Assembly: GCA_031426555.1 (NCBI GenBank)
Contig: JANPLN010000036.1
Span: forward strand, 1-64,000
Length of the DNA: 64,000 nt
Direction of reading: 5' to 3'
Origin: Bdellovibrionales bacterium
GTDB taxonomy: Bacteria; Bdellovibrionota; Bdellovibrionia; Bdellovibrionales; JAGQZY01
Part shown: piece after piece, positions 1 through 9,907 of the stretch
Numbering within the stretch: the first letter of the stretch is position 1
How the letters are laid out: each line of letters opens with the position of its first letter
Made by a program: the position numbers and the translations under genes
Notes under the pieces: model-generated
The model's database searches: none
Seen by the model: the letters and a program-made list of their open reading frames with translations, nothing else
What the model was told of the DNA's origin: nothing

Positions 1-1477
1 CAAAATTTCGAACGATGGCCTTGTCTACCAAATTCCTCTAAAGACGAATATTTCATTTCACCCACACGCTTACTTCAAATCCAATCCGCGAATGTTCTTT
101 GCAGAAGATTTTATATATTCGCTTCGTCGCCTGGCGGACGCGCGCAATAAAAGCCCTTTCTTTTGGATTGTGGAAAATAAAATCGCAGGGCTTGATGAGT
201 GGCGAAAAAAGTTATCCACAGGTCAGGCAGACTATTCCACACCCATCAGCGGCTTGCGCACCCCTTCTCCGCACCTGCTCGAAATTCAATTAACGGCGCC
301 GAACTATCAGTTTTTACAAACACTCACCATGGCGGGAACCTTTGTAGTGCCGCGTGAAGCGGTGGACTCCGCCGGAGCTGATTTTGGCAACCAAGCTATT
401 GGCACTGGCGCTTTTAAACTAGATTCTTGGATTCGCGGATCTCAACTGAGATTTTCTAAAAATCATAATTATCAAACTCTTAAAATGAATAATGAGTCCC
501 TCCCCCATCTTGAGGCTCTTGTTATTTATGAAATCACCGAAGCGCAACCGCAACGCTTGTTATTTTGGACAGGCGCTCTGGACGTTCTTCAACCACTGAA
601 AAGCCAACAGGACCTTCTTATGAAAAGGAATCGTTTGCTCCCGCAATTTGAAAAGTCGGGATATCAATTACTACTTACGCCGAGCCCGGATATCACGTTT
701 ATAGTTTTCAATAACGCAAATCCCTTCCTCAAAAACAAACTCGTGCGCAGAGCACTTTCCATGGTGTTTGACCGGGCTTTTGCCATAGAGCATTTTTATA
801 ACTTTAATGCCGTGGCCGCACACGGTCCCATTCCTCCCACAATTGATGGCTATACTTCCGAGCATAAAGACCTTACTCCCACTTACGATCTCGCGAAGGC
901 TCGTCAACTTTTGGTGCAAGCAGGATATCCTGATGCAAAAGGTCTTCCTGAATTCAATTATGAAATGGCCTCCAGTAATACGACGGCTCGCCAGTTGGCC
1001 GAGTTTGTGAAGAATCAATTTGCGCTCCTCGGTGTTAAAATACGCTTAACAGCAAATACCTGGCCACAGTTTAACGAGAAAATTAAAAAGAAAAAGGCAG
1101 ATTTATTTGATTATGCCTGGAACGCCGACTACCCAGATGCGCAAAATTTTTTGCAGTTGTTTTATAGCAAAAATATTTCTCCAGGACCAAACTCTGCCAA
1201 TTATCAAAACTCTACCTTCGATCGATTCTACGAAAAATCCCTCACCTTACCGCCAGGCAAAGAGAGGACTCAACTTTATGCAGAAATGGAAAAAATACTC
1301 ATTGAAGACTGTCCTTGGATTTTTCAAATACACCGTATCCGTCCCGTGGTTGCACAACCGTGGGTTAGGAACTATAATTTTGATATTATGGTGTTGGATA
1401 CGATGAAGTATATTTCGATGGATACCGCCCTCCGTGGAAAGATGAAAAAACAAGGTTTAAAGCTAGGTAATAATTAA
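1..1477 (+). CDS. ABC transporter substrate-binding protein, family 5 (oligopeptide/OppA-like), 5' truncated by window edge
   Basis: Frame is open from base 2 (KISNDGLVYQIPLK...). Contains AIGTGAFKL and WNADYPDAQNFL motifs typical of SBP_bac_5. Confidence 0.9.
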   Translation, partial: KISNDGLVYQIPLKTNISFHPHAYFKSNPRMFFAEDFIYSLRRLADARNKSPFFWIVENKIAGLDEWRKKLSTGQADYSTPISGLRTPSPHLLEIQLTAPNYQFLQTLTMAGTFVVPREAVDSAGADFGNQAIGTGAFKLDSWIRGSQLRFSKNHNYQTLKMNNESLPHLEALVIYEITEAQPQRLLFWTGALDVLQPLKSQQDLLMKRNRLLPQFEKSGYQLLLTPSPDITFIVFNNANPFLKNKLVRRALSMVFDRAFAIEHFYNFNAVAAHGPIPPTIDGYTSEHKDLTPTYDLAKARQLLVQAGYPDAKGLPEFNYEMASSNTTARQLAEFVKNQFALLGVKIRLTANTWPQFNEKIKKKKADLFDYAWNADYPDAQNFLQLFYSKNISPGPNSANYQNSTFDRFYEKSLTLPPGKERTQLYAEMEKILIEDCPWIFQIHRIRPVVAQPWVRNYNFDIMVLDTMKYISMDTALRGKMKKQGLKLGNN

Positions 1478-3274
1478 ATGAAAACTCTTCTAATTGAACT
1501 TATCACTCTCTCAACTGCTGCTGTTGTCTTTGTTCCACTTTTCCGCAAAGTTGGTTTGGGTGCTATTCTTGCCTACCTATTCTCGGGCATTATTATTGGC
1601 CCCTTCGTGCTTGGATTAATTTCCGATACTCAAGAGATTCTGCATTTCTCTGAACTCGGTATTGTTTTTCTGTTATTTGTAATTGGACTAGAGCTCTCGC
1701 CAAATAAACTCTGGGCTTTGCGCCGTTCAATTTTTGGGTTGGGGCTTCTGCAGGTTCTATTGACAGGAATGTTATTTTATCTCATTGGCGTTTACTTCAT
1801 TGGCCTCACACCAGCCCTTGCATACATTGCCGGTTTTGGTCTTGCACTTTCTTCAACGGCTTTTAGTATTCAAATTCTAGAAGACACTAACCAACTAAAA
1901 ACAGCTCACGGGCAAGATACGTTTTCTGTACTTATGTTTCAAGATTTGGCCGTCGTTCCGATTGTGGCCTCCCTCAGCCTCTTCTCAGCACAATCTACAA
2001 CTACACAAAGCGCTTGGTATCTTTTTGGTAAGGCCATCGTTCTCATTCTGGCTTTTGTTGTTGTTGGTAACTTTTTGATTCGTCATGGTTTACGCTTGAT
2101 TGCCAGTGCAGAAACGCCAGAAGTCTTCACCGCAATGTCTTTGCTCATTGTCATCGGAGCCGCCGTTGTTATGGATTTCGCCGGACTTTCCATGGGAACT
2201 GGTGCCTTTTTTGCTGGGGTGCTTTTAGCAAACTCCGAATACCGGCATGAGCTGGAAACCAATCTTGCACCTTTTAAAGGACTACTTCTTGGTTTATTTT
2301 TTATGGCAGTGGGAATGTCCTTGGACCTTGTTGTCCTTGCTCATAAGACACACTGGATTCTCCTACTCACCGTTGTTTTTATGCTACTTAAGGGACTCAT
2401 AGTTTTTCTTATCGCTCGTTTCTTTGGTCGAGGCAGAGAGTCCGCCCGCAACACGGCTCTCGCTTTATCACTGGGCGGAGAATTTGCGTTTGTTTTATTT
2501 AGCTCTGCTATCGCTCAAGGTTTGATGGACCCCGAAACCTCTTCGCTGCTGAGTGCCGCCGTGACCCTGAGTATGGCTTTGACTCCTTTTCTGTTTTCTT
2601 TTAACCAAAAGTATTTGCGAAAATTTTCGGAAATTTCCGAGCGACCTTACGATGATCAGTTCCCCTCGGACGTTGAAGTCATCGTTGCTGGCTTCGGTCG
2701 GTTTGGACAGATCGTAACCCGTTTTTTAAATGTTGAAGATGTGGTGCATACGATTTTGGATCACGATGCAGCCCAGGTGGAAACAGCGCGGGAGTTTGGC
2801 AATAAGGTTTACTATGGGGACGCCTCCCGACATGATATTCTTGAAGCTGCTGGCGCTAAAAAGGCGAAGTACTTTGTTCTTGCCATTGACGATCCCGACC
2901 AGTCTATCGCCGCGGCAAAAATAGTACGCAAACACTATCCAAATCTCGAGATTATTGCCCGGGCACGCAATCGCCAGCACGCTCTCGACCTCATGGAACT
3001 AGGTATAACTTCTGTTCACCGCGAAACTTACATGACGAGTCTGGATGTGGCCAAAGAAGTCATGCTTAAGCGCGGCAAAACCGAGGCTGCGGTGGAGCGC
3101 GCACTTCGAAATTTTCGTATACATGATGAGAAAATTCTCACGAAGCAACTCGAGCTGCGTGACGATAAAGAGCAAATGTGGAGTTACACTCGCAACGCCA
3201 ATCGCGAACTTGAACGCATCTTAAGAGAAGATGAGGCTTCAGAGGCAGATAAGAACTCTGTGCTCAACGCTTAG
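1478..3274 (+). CDS. CPA2 monovalent cation:proton antiporter, KefB/KefC-like K+ efflux protein
   Basis: Multi-TM N-terminus with FQDLAVVP and YRHELE motifs; C-terminal KTN domain (AGFGRFGQ, YYGDASR). Confidence 0.9.
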   Translation: MKTLLIELITLSTAAVVFVPLFRKVGLGAILAYLFSGIIIGPFVLGLISDTQEILHFSELGIVFLLFVIGLELSPNKLWALRRSIFGLGLLQVLLTGMLFYLIGVYFIGLTPALAYIAGFGLALSSTAFSIQILEDTNQLKTAHGQDTFSVLMFQDLAVVPIVASLSLFSAQSTTTQSAWYLFGKAIVLILAFVVVGNFLIRHGLRLIASAETPEVFTAMSLLIVIGAAVVMDFAGLSMGTGAFFAGVLLANSEYRHELETNLAPFKGLLLGLFFMAVGMSLDLVVLAHKTHWILLLTVVFMLLKGLIVFLIARFFGRGRESARNTALALSLGGEFAFVLFSSAIAQGLMDPETSSLLSAAVTLSMALTPFLFSFNQKYLRKFSEISERPYDDQFPSDVEVIVAGFGRFGQIVTRFLNVEDVVHTILDHDAAQVETAREFGNKVYYGDASRHDILEAAGAKKAKYFVLAIDDPDQSIAAAKIVRKHYPNLEIIARARNRQHALDLMELGITSVHRETYMTSLDVAKEVMLKRGKTEAAVERALRNFRIHDEKILTKQLELRDDKEQMWSYTRNANRELERILREDEASEADKNSVLNA

Positions 3275-3993
3275 TCGTGCTTGGCAAAGTTAAGAACCTC
3301 TTTGTCATTTTCGCAATTAACGGTACCTGGTGATGGCGGGCAGGATAACGAAATATGCATGTGATCATTGTGTAAAGCGTTCGACGGATCATGGGTGTGT
3401 TGATGCCCGATGGAACACGTGCAGTTTTTTCCGTTCACTTCGGCCACGGCGGCATCCCAACAAGTACGAAAGGAATCGTAAAATGGCTGGTTGGAAGTTT
3501 TGTCGGTGAGCTGGATTCGCTGAGTGCTTTCGCGCCCCAACATATCCCTCGTGTGAAGTCGAATTGCAGAGACGTCTAAAGCCATCCCGTGGGAGTGACG
3601 GCTGCGCTTGGTGCTGTTGCGTGCATCTCGGTTTGCGTAACCACCCATTTGCTCTATAGAAACACTCGTCGGCAAACTTATTCCATTTTTTACAGCTGCT
3701 TCTTTCGCGCATTTAGGTATGAAGGCTTTGATAAGTTGCGCAAAGTACGGGTTCAGAAGCATCTCGCACGTCTGCAGCGCTTGGCCATTGCGCGAAATGG
3801 CGTCTCGATCGGCATAGACAGAAAAAGACTGATCTCCATTGCAAAGATTCTGCGACGACATATTGTTGAGTGCTCCATTCGCAATGGCTACTTCGTCCAC
3901 GTTGTACTGCTGAATCTCTCGTCCTCGACTCGTAACCTCGCCGGCTTGAATAAAACTTGTAAACAGCAGAATTCCTAAGGTAAAAATCGTCAT
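3271..3993 (-). CDS. Secreted extensin-family / peptidase M15-like protein
   Basis: Signal peptide; GGYANR...SRHSHGMALD and LHNDHMHI motifs (H-x6-D, H-x-H). Confidence 0.7.
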   Translation of the reverse strand: MTIFTLGILLFTSFIQAGEVTSRGREIQQYNVDEVAIANGALNNMSSQNLCNGDQSFSVYADRDAISRNGQALQTCEMLLNPYFAQLIKAFIPKCAKEAAVKNGISLPTSVSIEQMGGYANRDARNSTKRSRHSHGMALDVSAIRLHTRDMLGRESTQRIQLTDKTSNQPFYDSFRTCWDAAVAEVNGKNCTCSIGHQHTHDPSNALHNDHMHISLSCPPSPGTVNCENDKEVLNFAKHD

Positions 3994-4080
3994 CCCTCTA
4001 GATTAAAGCAGAGACCACTCGCGAACCAACTTGATTTCTACTAACAGCGACTTAAACTAAAAGAACGTCGAGAGGTTGAT

Positions 4081-4452
4081 ATGATCTACGCCATCCTAGT
4101 TTTAAATATTGTTTTTGCTGCCGATAGTACCCCGACGAGAGTCCTGCAAAACAAGCTCCTGCACGCGGAGTTTAAGCGGGTGCAGCGCCCAGAAGCTGAG
4201 CCCGTAAGTAAGCCTTTCGAAATAGCACTAATGGTGACCTGCAAAAATAAAAACCCCACAAAAAAAATAAACATCCCCGTGTGTGACCTCGATGTGATGG
4301 ACAAAGAAAGCACCCTCTCCGACACCACCCTCACCATCGCCCACCACTCTTGGGACGCCCTGAAGAGCAGTAACAACCCAGATGGTCGTAACCACTGCGA
4401 TGGGAAAAACAAACTTTTCTACACCACTAAAATTACTGACCTCTGCAAATAA
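4081..4452 (+). CDS. Small secreted hypothetical protein (4 Cys)
   Basis: GAGG RBS, hydrophobic N-terminal signal, 123 aa. Confidence 0.65.
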   Translation: MIYAILVLNIVFAADSTPTRVLQNKLLHAEFKRVQRPEAEPVSKPFEIALMVTCKNKNPTKKINIPVCDLDVMDKESTLSDTTLTIAHHSWDALKSSNNPDGRNHCDGKNKLFYTTKITDLCK

Positions 4453-4611
4453 TGTAATTTGTTTTGTTTCTTTGAGATTTGAAAAGGCTTCTTTTTAGAA
4501 CACGGACTCGTGTCCTCGCTCGTTTCGGCTGCGCCGATCGCGTCACGCTAACGAGAGGTTCCAAAAGAAGTCTTTTCAAATCTCAAAGAAACAAAACAAA
4601 TTACATTATTT
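4447..4611 (+). repeat. Long hairpin element, copy 1 (49-bp arms around a ~62-nt conserved core)
   Basis: 4447-4495 pairs with 4563-4611 with one G-T mismatch. Core 4499-4560 is nearly identical to the reverse complement of 4771-4833. Confidence 0.9.
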
Positions 4612-4725
4612 AAGAACGCAGAAACCGCTACAGAAAAAAGTTGTCTTTAATCGATGCCACCAGTCCAATCACTTTCACGCTGGTAAATAAAAACGTTTGC
4701 CCGTTACACCTATGCACGCAAACAG

Positions 4726-4878
4726 AACTATTTAATTAATTTGTCGGAACTTCGCGAGGTCTCCTTTTTAAACCTCTCGTTAGCGTGATGCGATCGGCTA
4801 CCGCCGAAACGAGCGAGGACAGGAGTCCGTGTTTAAAAAGGAGACCTCGCGAAGTTCCGACAAATTAATTAAATAGTT
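4726..4878 (-). repeat. Long hairpin element, copy 2 (perfect 48-bp arms around the same core)
   Basis: 4726-4773 is the exact reverse complement of 4831-4878. Confidence 0.9.
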
Positions 4879-4884
4879 TTTTTG

Positions 4885-5763
4885 TTATATATCGAGTGAG
4901 CGTTTTGAGGAGAGGTTCATTTTTTCGCCGGTCTTTGGGTGCTCGAATTGCAAGTTATGTGCGTAGAGCTGAAGGCGCTTGTCGGATTTGATGCCGTAGA
5001 GGCGGTCCCCGACGATGGGATTTTGGCAACTGGCAAGATGAATGCGGATTTGGTGAGTGCGGCCGGTGATGGGCTGACACTCGATCAAGTGATGGTTTTG
5101 ATCGATGGACTTTTGATAGTTAAAAAGGGTCACCGCTTCGTCACCCTTTTTGTGGTCAATTCCAAAGCGAAAATCTTTTGCGCCATGGAGTCGGCGAATT
5201 GGGGCCTCCACCTTCCATTTGTTTTGCGCGGGCTTGTCGCCCTGTACGATAGCTAAATACTTTTTTATGATCTTTCGGTCTTTGAACTGATCTGAGATGG
5301 ATTTATTGGCCGATGATTTTTTAGTCATCAAAACGAGACCAGAGGTATCACGATCCAAGCGATGATGAAGACCCACATAGGCCAACTTCGAAGGCGTCTG
5401 TTCCGTAAGATAGGCAATCACCGCTGCAAAAAGGTGATCCTCACCCGGTTTCTGCGTTGACTGAGTCGACAGTCCCGATGGTTTGTCCAAAACTATAATG
5501 TCACTATCTTCGTAGACAACGTGCCCGGAATTTAGCTGAAAAGGCATTTTTGCATATAAAGAATCAGGGGATAGTATGGAAACCACAGTTCCCTTTTTTA
5601 CAAAAATTTGATGTCTGACGATTTTCTTCTCGCGCAAATAAATATGCGACTCTTCAACCATTTTTTCTGACGTCGCCTTCGTAAGATGGCGAAGGGCATT
5701 TAATGTATTGATTAAAAGTGTTTCCAGTTTAAGACCGTTACTTACAACTTGTATGAGCTTCAT
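4885..5763 (-). CDS. RluA family pseudouridine synthase
   Basis: DKPSGL, HRLDRDTSG and TGRTHQIRIH motifs. Confidence 0.95.
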   Translation of the reverse strand: MKLIQVVSNGLKLETLLINTLNALRHLTKATSEKMVEESHIYLREKKIVRHQIFVKKGTVVSILSPDSLYAKMPFQLNSGHVVYEDSDIIVLDKPSGLSTQSTQKPGEDHLFAAVIAYLTEQTPSKLAYVGLHHRLDRDTSGLVLMTKKSSANKSISDQFKDRKIIKKYLAIVQGDKPAQNKWKVEAPIRRLHGAKDFRFGIDHKKGDEAVTLFNYQKSIDQNHHLIECQPITGRTHQIRIHLASCQNPIVGDRLYGIKSDKRLQLYAHNLQFEHPKTGEKMNLSSKRSLDI

Positions 5764-6746
5764 GGGGCGTACTTAACAACTTTTTGAAAAATTGTACCAA
5801 AAATATTTTTACCCTCAGTGGATTTCATTTCGATCTTGATGGTGTCGCCCTCTTTCATAAACGGGGTTTTGATGGCACCCTCATTGATCTTTTCGATCAT
5901 TCTCTTTTCTGCCAGGCAGCTCGATCCCATGGCGTGATCTTCGTTAGAAACGGTTCCACTCCCAATGATAGTTCCCGGCATAAGGTGGCGTGTTTTTGCC
6001 GCGTGGGAAATTAAATCGCCAAAGTGAAAATGCATAGCTCCGGCATTGGCTTTGCCAAAAAACTCGCCGTTGTATTCTACATGGAGCGGCAAGTGCACGC
6101 GCCCTTCTTTCCACGCCTCTCCCAACTCATCTGCCGTAACGGCGAAGGGAGCGAAGGATGAAGACGGCTTTCCATGAAAAAATCCAAAGCCCGTGACTAA
6201 TTCTTCGGGAATAAGTCCGCGCAACGAAACATCATTGATAACTACAAATAGTAAAATCTTTTCGAGGCACTGTTGTGGTGTGCTTCCCATGGGAACGTAA
6301 TCTGTAATCACGCCCACTTCTCCCTCAAAATCGGTGCCGTGGCAAAAATCAATCTGTGGAATATCTTCTGTGGGAGCTAAAAAGTTATCGCTCCCGCCCT
6401 GATACATCAGTGGAACTTTATAAAGTGAATCTGGCATTTCTGCATTGCGGGCCATGCGAACTAATTTGACGTGATATAAAAAAGCCGAGCCATCCGCCCA
6501 TTGAAAACTGCGCGGCAGTGGTGAATGAAAAAGCTTTTCATCCATCGCTTTTGCATTCTGCAGCGAACCTGCGTTGAGGTCGTCGAACGTTTTAATTAAC
6601 AATGGCTTCGTTATTTGCCAGGACTCTAAGGCCTCTCTAAGACTCTTAGCGATAGTTGGAACTTCGATATACGTTTTATTATCTTTGCTCACGACGACAA
6701 GTTTTCCGTCGCCCCAATTTGCTGTCTTAAGTGATCCTAGTTTCAT
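5760..6746 (-). CDS. Fumarylacetoacetate hydrolase family protein
   Basis: QWADGSAF, DFEGE, NDVSLR and GSGTVSN motifs; divergent from maiA. Confidence 0.9.
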   Translation of the reverse strand: MKLGSLKTANWGDGKLVVVSKDNKTYIEVPTIAKSLREALESWQITKPLLIKTFDDLNAGSLQNAKAMDEKLFHSPLPRSFQWADGSAFLYHVKLVRMARNAEMPDSLYKVPLMYQGGSDNFLAPTEDIPQIDFCHGTDFEGEVGVITDYVPMGSTPQQCLEKILLFVVINDVSLRGLIPEELVTGFGFFHGKPSSSFAPFAVTADELGEAWKEGRVHLPLHVEYNGEFFGKANAGAMHFHFGDLISHAAKTRHLMPGTIIGSGTVSNEDHAMGSSCLAEKRMIEKINEGAIKTPFMKEGDTIKIEMKSTEGKNIFGTIFQKVVKYAP

Positions 6747-6789
6747 GCCTTCTTTGTAGGAGCATTTCTAGGATAAGTCATCTTAGTTG

Positions 6790-6818
6790 TTGCGCCGTCC
6801 CACCATCCTGAATATGAT
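6790..6818 (+). promoter_or_regulatory. sigma70-type promoter, leaderless, for maiA
   Basis: TTGCGC-17nt-TATGAT-6nt-ATG, no Shine-Dalgarno. Confidence 0.6.
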
Positions 6819-6824
6819 GCGGCC

Positions 6825-7481
6825 ATGGCACAACCTAACTTACTTCTTTACTCGTATTTTCGCAGTTCTTGCGCCTATCGTGTCCGTATCGCCCTCAATT
6901 TAAAAGGCACGCCCTACGCTCTGGTGCCAATTCATCTTTTAAAGGACGGCGGCATCCAGCACGGCGAGCGCTACAAAATCGTGAACCCGTCTCGACAGGT
7001 ACCAACTCTGGCCGATGGGGATATGATCATCGGGCAATCCATGGCGATCTTGGAATACATTGAAGAAAAATTTCCTCACCCGCCACTTCTTCCAAAATCT
7101 CCCGCGGAGCGCGCGCTTGTGCGTCAGATGTCTGAGATCGTCAATAGCGGAATTCAGCCATTGCAAAACCTCAGTGTGATGCAATTTCTTGAGCGCGAAA
7201 GCAAAGTCTCTACCGAGGATCGGCAAAAATGGATTCAAGAGTGGGTCGGCCGTGGTTTACAAAGCCTCGAAGATCTTTTACAACTGTATTCAGGCAAATA
7301 CTGCTTTGGTGATCAAATCACCATGGCAGACTGTCTATTGGTGCCCCAAATATTTAGCTCACTTCGTTTTAAAGTTGATATCTCCCCGTTCAAAAAATGT
7401 GTTGAGGTGAATGATCGCTGCTTGAAGCTCACCGACTTTTTAAGGGCATCTCCAGAGCGACAGCCTGATTTTGAACCTTAA
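6825..7481 (+). CDS. maiA: Maleylacetoacetate isomerase (GST zeta)
   Basis: YFRSSCAYRVRIAL and IQPLQNL motifs. Confidence 0.95.
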   Translation: MAQPNLLLYSYFRSSCAYRVRIALNLKGTPYALVPIHLLKDGGIQHGERYKIVNPSRQVPTLADGDMIIGQSMAILEYIEEKFPHPPLLPKSPAERALVRQMSEIVNSGIQPLQNLSVMQFLERESKVSTEDRQKWIQEWVGRGLQSLEDLLQLYSGKYCFGDQITMADCLLVPQIFSSLRFKVDISPFKKCVEVNDRCLKLTDFLRASPERQPDFEP

Positions 7482-7495
7482 ACAGAGGGAGAACG

Positions 7496-8098
7496 GTGAT
7501 GTCTTTTTCGAATCCAAAGTTTGCAAATTTTAATGATGTATTATTGCAACTTTCTCGAAGTCCCATCCTGGACAGCGGCGAGCTTGATGAAACTATTCAT
7601 TTTGTTCTCGAGACCGCAGCTCATTGCCTGAACGTCCAACGCCTCAGTGTTTGGGTTTATAATCTCGACAAAACAAAGCTGAAGTGTCTTAGTCTGTATG
7701 AAAAATCCTCCTCTTCTCACATTAACAACGGAGCAGAAATTTCGACAGAAGACTACCCCATTTATTTTGAAGCCCTTGGATATCAGCGTGTTCTAGCTAT
7801 CCAAGACGTAAAAACGGATCGTCGCACGTCAGAACTTTTACAAACTTACATGATACCGAACTCTATAGTTTCGATGATTGATGCACCCGTTCGCGAGTAT
7901 GGCGAAGTGGTTGGTGTTGTCTGTACGGAGAGTGTTTCCCAAATGCGAAAGTGGGATTCCAATGAAATTTATTTCTCTGGAATTTTGGGGGATCTCATTG
8001 CGCGTGCATTTTTAGCCAAAAAGCGAAAAGATGCCCAAGATCAAATGCTAAAAAAAATTGCCGAACTGGAAAAAAAGTTGAGAGATGCAAAGTCATAA
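7496..8098 (+). CDS. Stand-alone GAF domain protein
   Basis: GAF signature (YPIYFEAL...SMIDAPVR...GVVCTE...RKW) followed by a short coiled coil and no output domain. Confidence 0.8.
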   Translation: MMSFSNPKFANFNDVLLQLSRSPILDSGELDETIHFVLETAAHCLNVQRLSVWVYNLDKTKLKCLSLYEKSSSSHINNGAEISTEDYPIYFEALGYQRVLAIQDVKTDRRTSELLQTYMIPNSIVSMIDAPVREYGEVVGVVCTESVSQMRKWDSNEIYFSGILGDLIARAFLAKKRKDAQDQMLKKIAELEKKLRDAKS

Positions 8099-8113
8099 GA
8101 ATTTAAGTCGTTG

Positions 8114-9001
8114 CTAGGCTTTTTTATTGAAGATGTGTAGCAGGTTCACTCTTAAAATCGTCAAGAGCAAGTACAGCGCCAACCCGAGATGCAAGACCGT
8201 CATCCATGCTGGAATCTGTAGCTGCAGATTTAATACCCCAACAGTCACTTGTGAAAAAACCAGAAGCAAACATTGAAAAGCTGTCTTTTTTTGCACCAAT
8301 GCTATCTGGGCTTTGCTCGCGGCTTTGAGTGCATAGAAAAAATAGACAACAAAAAAGAGCGCCAGAATGTAGGCCGTTAGCCGATGAATCACCTGCGCCC
8401 CGATGGGCCCAGTCCACGCAGGAAACCACTGTCCATTGCAAAGTGGAAAATCAACGCAAGCCATCCCGGCATAATTCGAAGCCACCCAACCGCCTAGAAC
8501 AATTTGTATACAAACAAGCGTCACACCGATCAACGAAAGCTTCTCGAAGGTTGGGTTTTTTAAAACCTGAAATCGCGTTTCTTCCAATTGGTATTGCGCC
8601 ACCACCAACGAAATCAAAAACGCAGTGGCCAGGCTAAGATGGGCCGTCACTATTCCTGGCTCGAGAATTTTAAGGACCGTCAGGCCACCCATGACAATTT
8701 GGGCAAGAAGTAAAAGTAAACCCACGGACAAAGTCCAGCGCAGATGTTTAAAGCGCGGGTAAATAAAAGCCGCTGCATAGGCAACAAAAAAGATGAGGGC
8801 CACAAAACCCGCGATAAATCGGTGTATCACCTCTAAATAAACTTGCAGGTCATATTTGGGCAATACTTTTCCAAAGCACAAAGGCCAGTCAGGGCAAGCA
8901 AGTCCCGCATCAAGAGCCCGTACTGCCGCTCCCAACAACATCAAGTCGAAGGTTAAAAAAATCAAAAAGCCAATAATTTTAGAAAAGTTTTTTTCGATCA
9001 T
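8114..9001 (-). CDS. ctaA: Heme A synthase (COX15/CtaA)
   Basis: GLACPDWPLC and EVIHR motifs; lies in the cox operon. Confidence 0.92.
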   Translation of the reverse strand: MIEKNFSKIIGFLIFLTFDLMLLGAAVRALDAGLACPDWPLCFGKVLPKYDLQVYLEVIHRFIAGFVALIFFVAYAAAFIYPRFKHLRWTLSVGLLLLLAQIVMGGLTVLKILEPGIVTAHLSLATAFLISLVVAQYQLEETRFQVLKNPTFEKLSLIGVTLVCIQIVLGGWVASNYAGMACVDFPLCNGQWFPAWTGPIGAQVIHRLTAYILALFFVVYFFYALKAASKAQIALVQKKTAFQCLLLVFSQVTVGVLNLQLQIPAWMTVLHLGLALYLLLTILRVNLLHIFNKKA

Positions 9002-9864
9002 TTAAACACCATTTCTCCCCACTTATCAAAAACGGGGATAATCACGAACACCAGTACACTGAAGGTGGTCCACAGAAAAAAAGACAACCACCGCTTTTTG
9101 CTGGAGTCCTTGTAGTAAGACCAAAATTCAATAACAACTTTTGCCACAAAAGGAAGAATGACCAAGAGATAACCAATCCAAACGTTGATAAACCAAGGTG
9201 AACATACGGCCCAAGCCGCATAGGCAAAAACGTATAGCCCAATATGGTACAGCGTTCTCTGTTCGCCAATCACCACAGGCAATACGGGAATACCGGCGAG
9301 GGCGTAATCTTCTCGGTAACGAAGTGCAAGAGCCCAAAAGTGCGGCATCTGCCACAAAAACATAAGAACAAACAAATAGAAGCTCTCGCGAGAGAAGGCG
9401 ATGTTATGGGCTCCATAGCCCAACAAAATCGGCATGGCTCCAGGAATGGCTCCAGGTACCGCGCCAAAGGCCCACTTCTTTTTCCAATACATGGTGTACA
9501 ACCCATTGTACAAAACCACAGTCAACGTTCCGTAAATAAGAAACCAAAACGAAACCAGATATCCAAGTCCAAAACCCAACAGTAAGCACACCAGCGCGAC
9601 GATGAGAACCGTGTGGCTTGAAAAAATTCCACTGGGCAATGGACGATTTTGGGTGCGCGGCATTTTTCGATCGATGTCGATTTCTTGCAGTTGATTAAGA
9701 GCAAAACTTCCAGAACTCAAAAAATAAAGGGCGCCGATGAAAATAAAAAAATGGGCGGTGTTGAGTTTTTCGTAGGGATTTAAACCAAGAAAATAAGCTG
9801 CGGCTCCTGTAAATAGGACAAAACAAACAATACCGAACTTGGTGAGGTCAAAAAATGCTTTCAC
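8998..9864 (-). CDS. ctaB: Protoheme IX farnesyltransferase (heme O synthase)
   Basis: DRKMPRTQNRPLPSG and WQMPHFWAL motifs. Confidence 0.95.
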   Translation of the reverse strand: MKAFFDLTKFGIVCFVLFTGAAAYFLGLNPYEKLNTAHFFIFIGALYFLSSGSFALNQLQEIDIDRKMPRTQNRPLPSGIFSSHTVLIVALVCLLLGFGLGYLVSFWFLIYGTLTVVLYNGLYTMYWKKKWAFGAVPGAIPGAMPILLGYGAHNIAFSRESFYLFVLMFLWQMPHFWALALRYREDYALAGIPVLPVVIGEQRTLYHIGLYVFAYAAWAVCSPWFINVWIGYLLVILPFVAKVVIEFWSYYKDSSKKRWLSFFLWTTFSVLVFVIIPVFDKWGEMVFK

Positions 9865-9907
9865 AAGGAACCTATCTCATAAATTATTTGTTCCTGATGT
9901 TATTTTT

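Noticed and set aside
4447..4878. Retron msr-msd or IS element interpretation of the hairpins
   Set aside because: No reverse transcriptase or transposase in the window and no target-site duplication seen; kept as an unexplained element.
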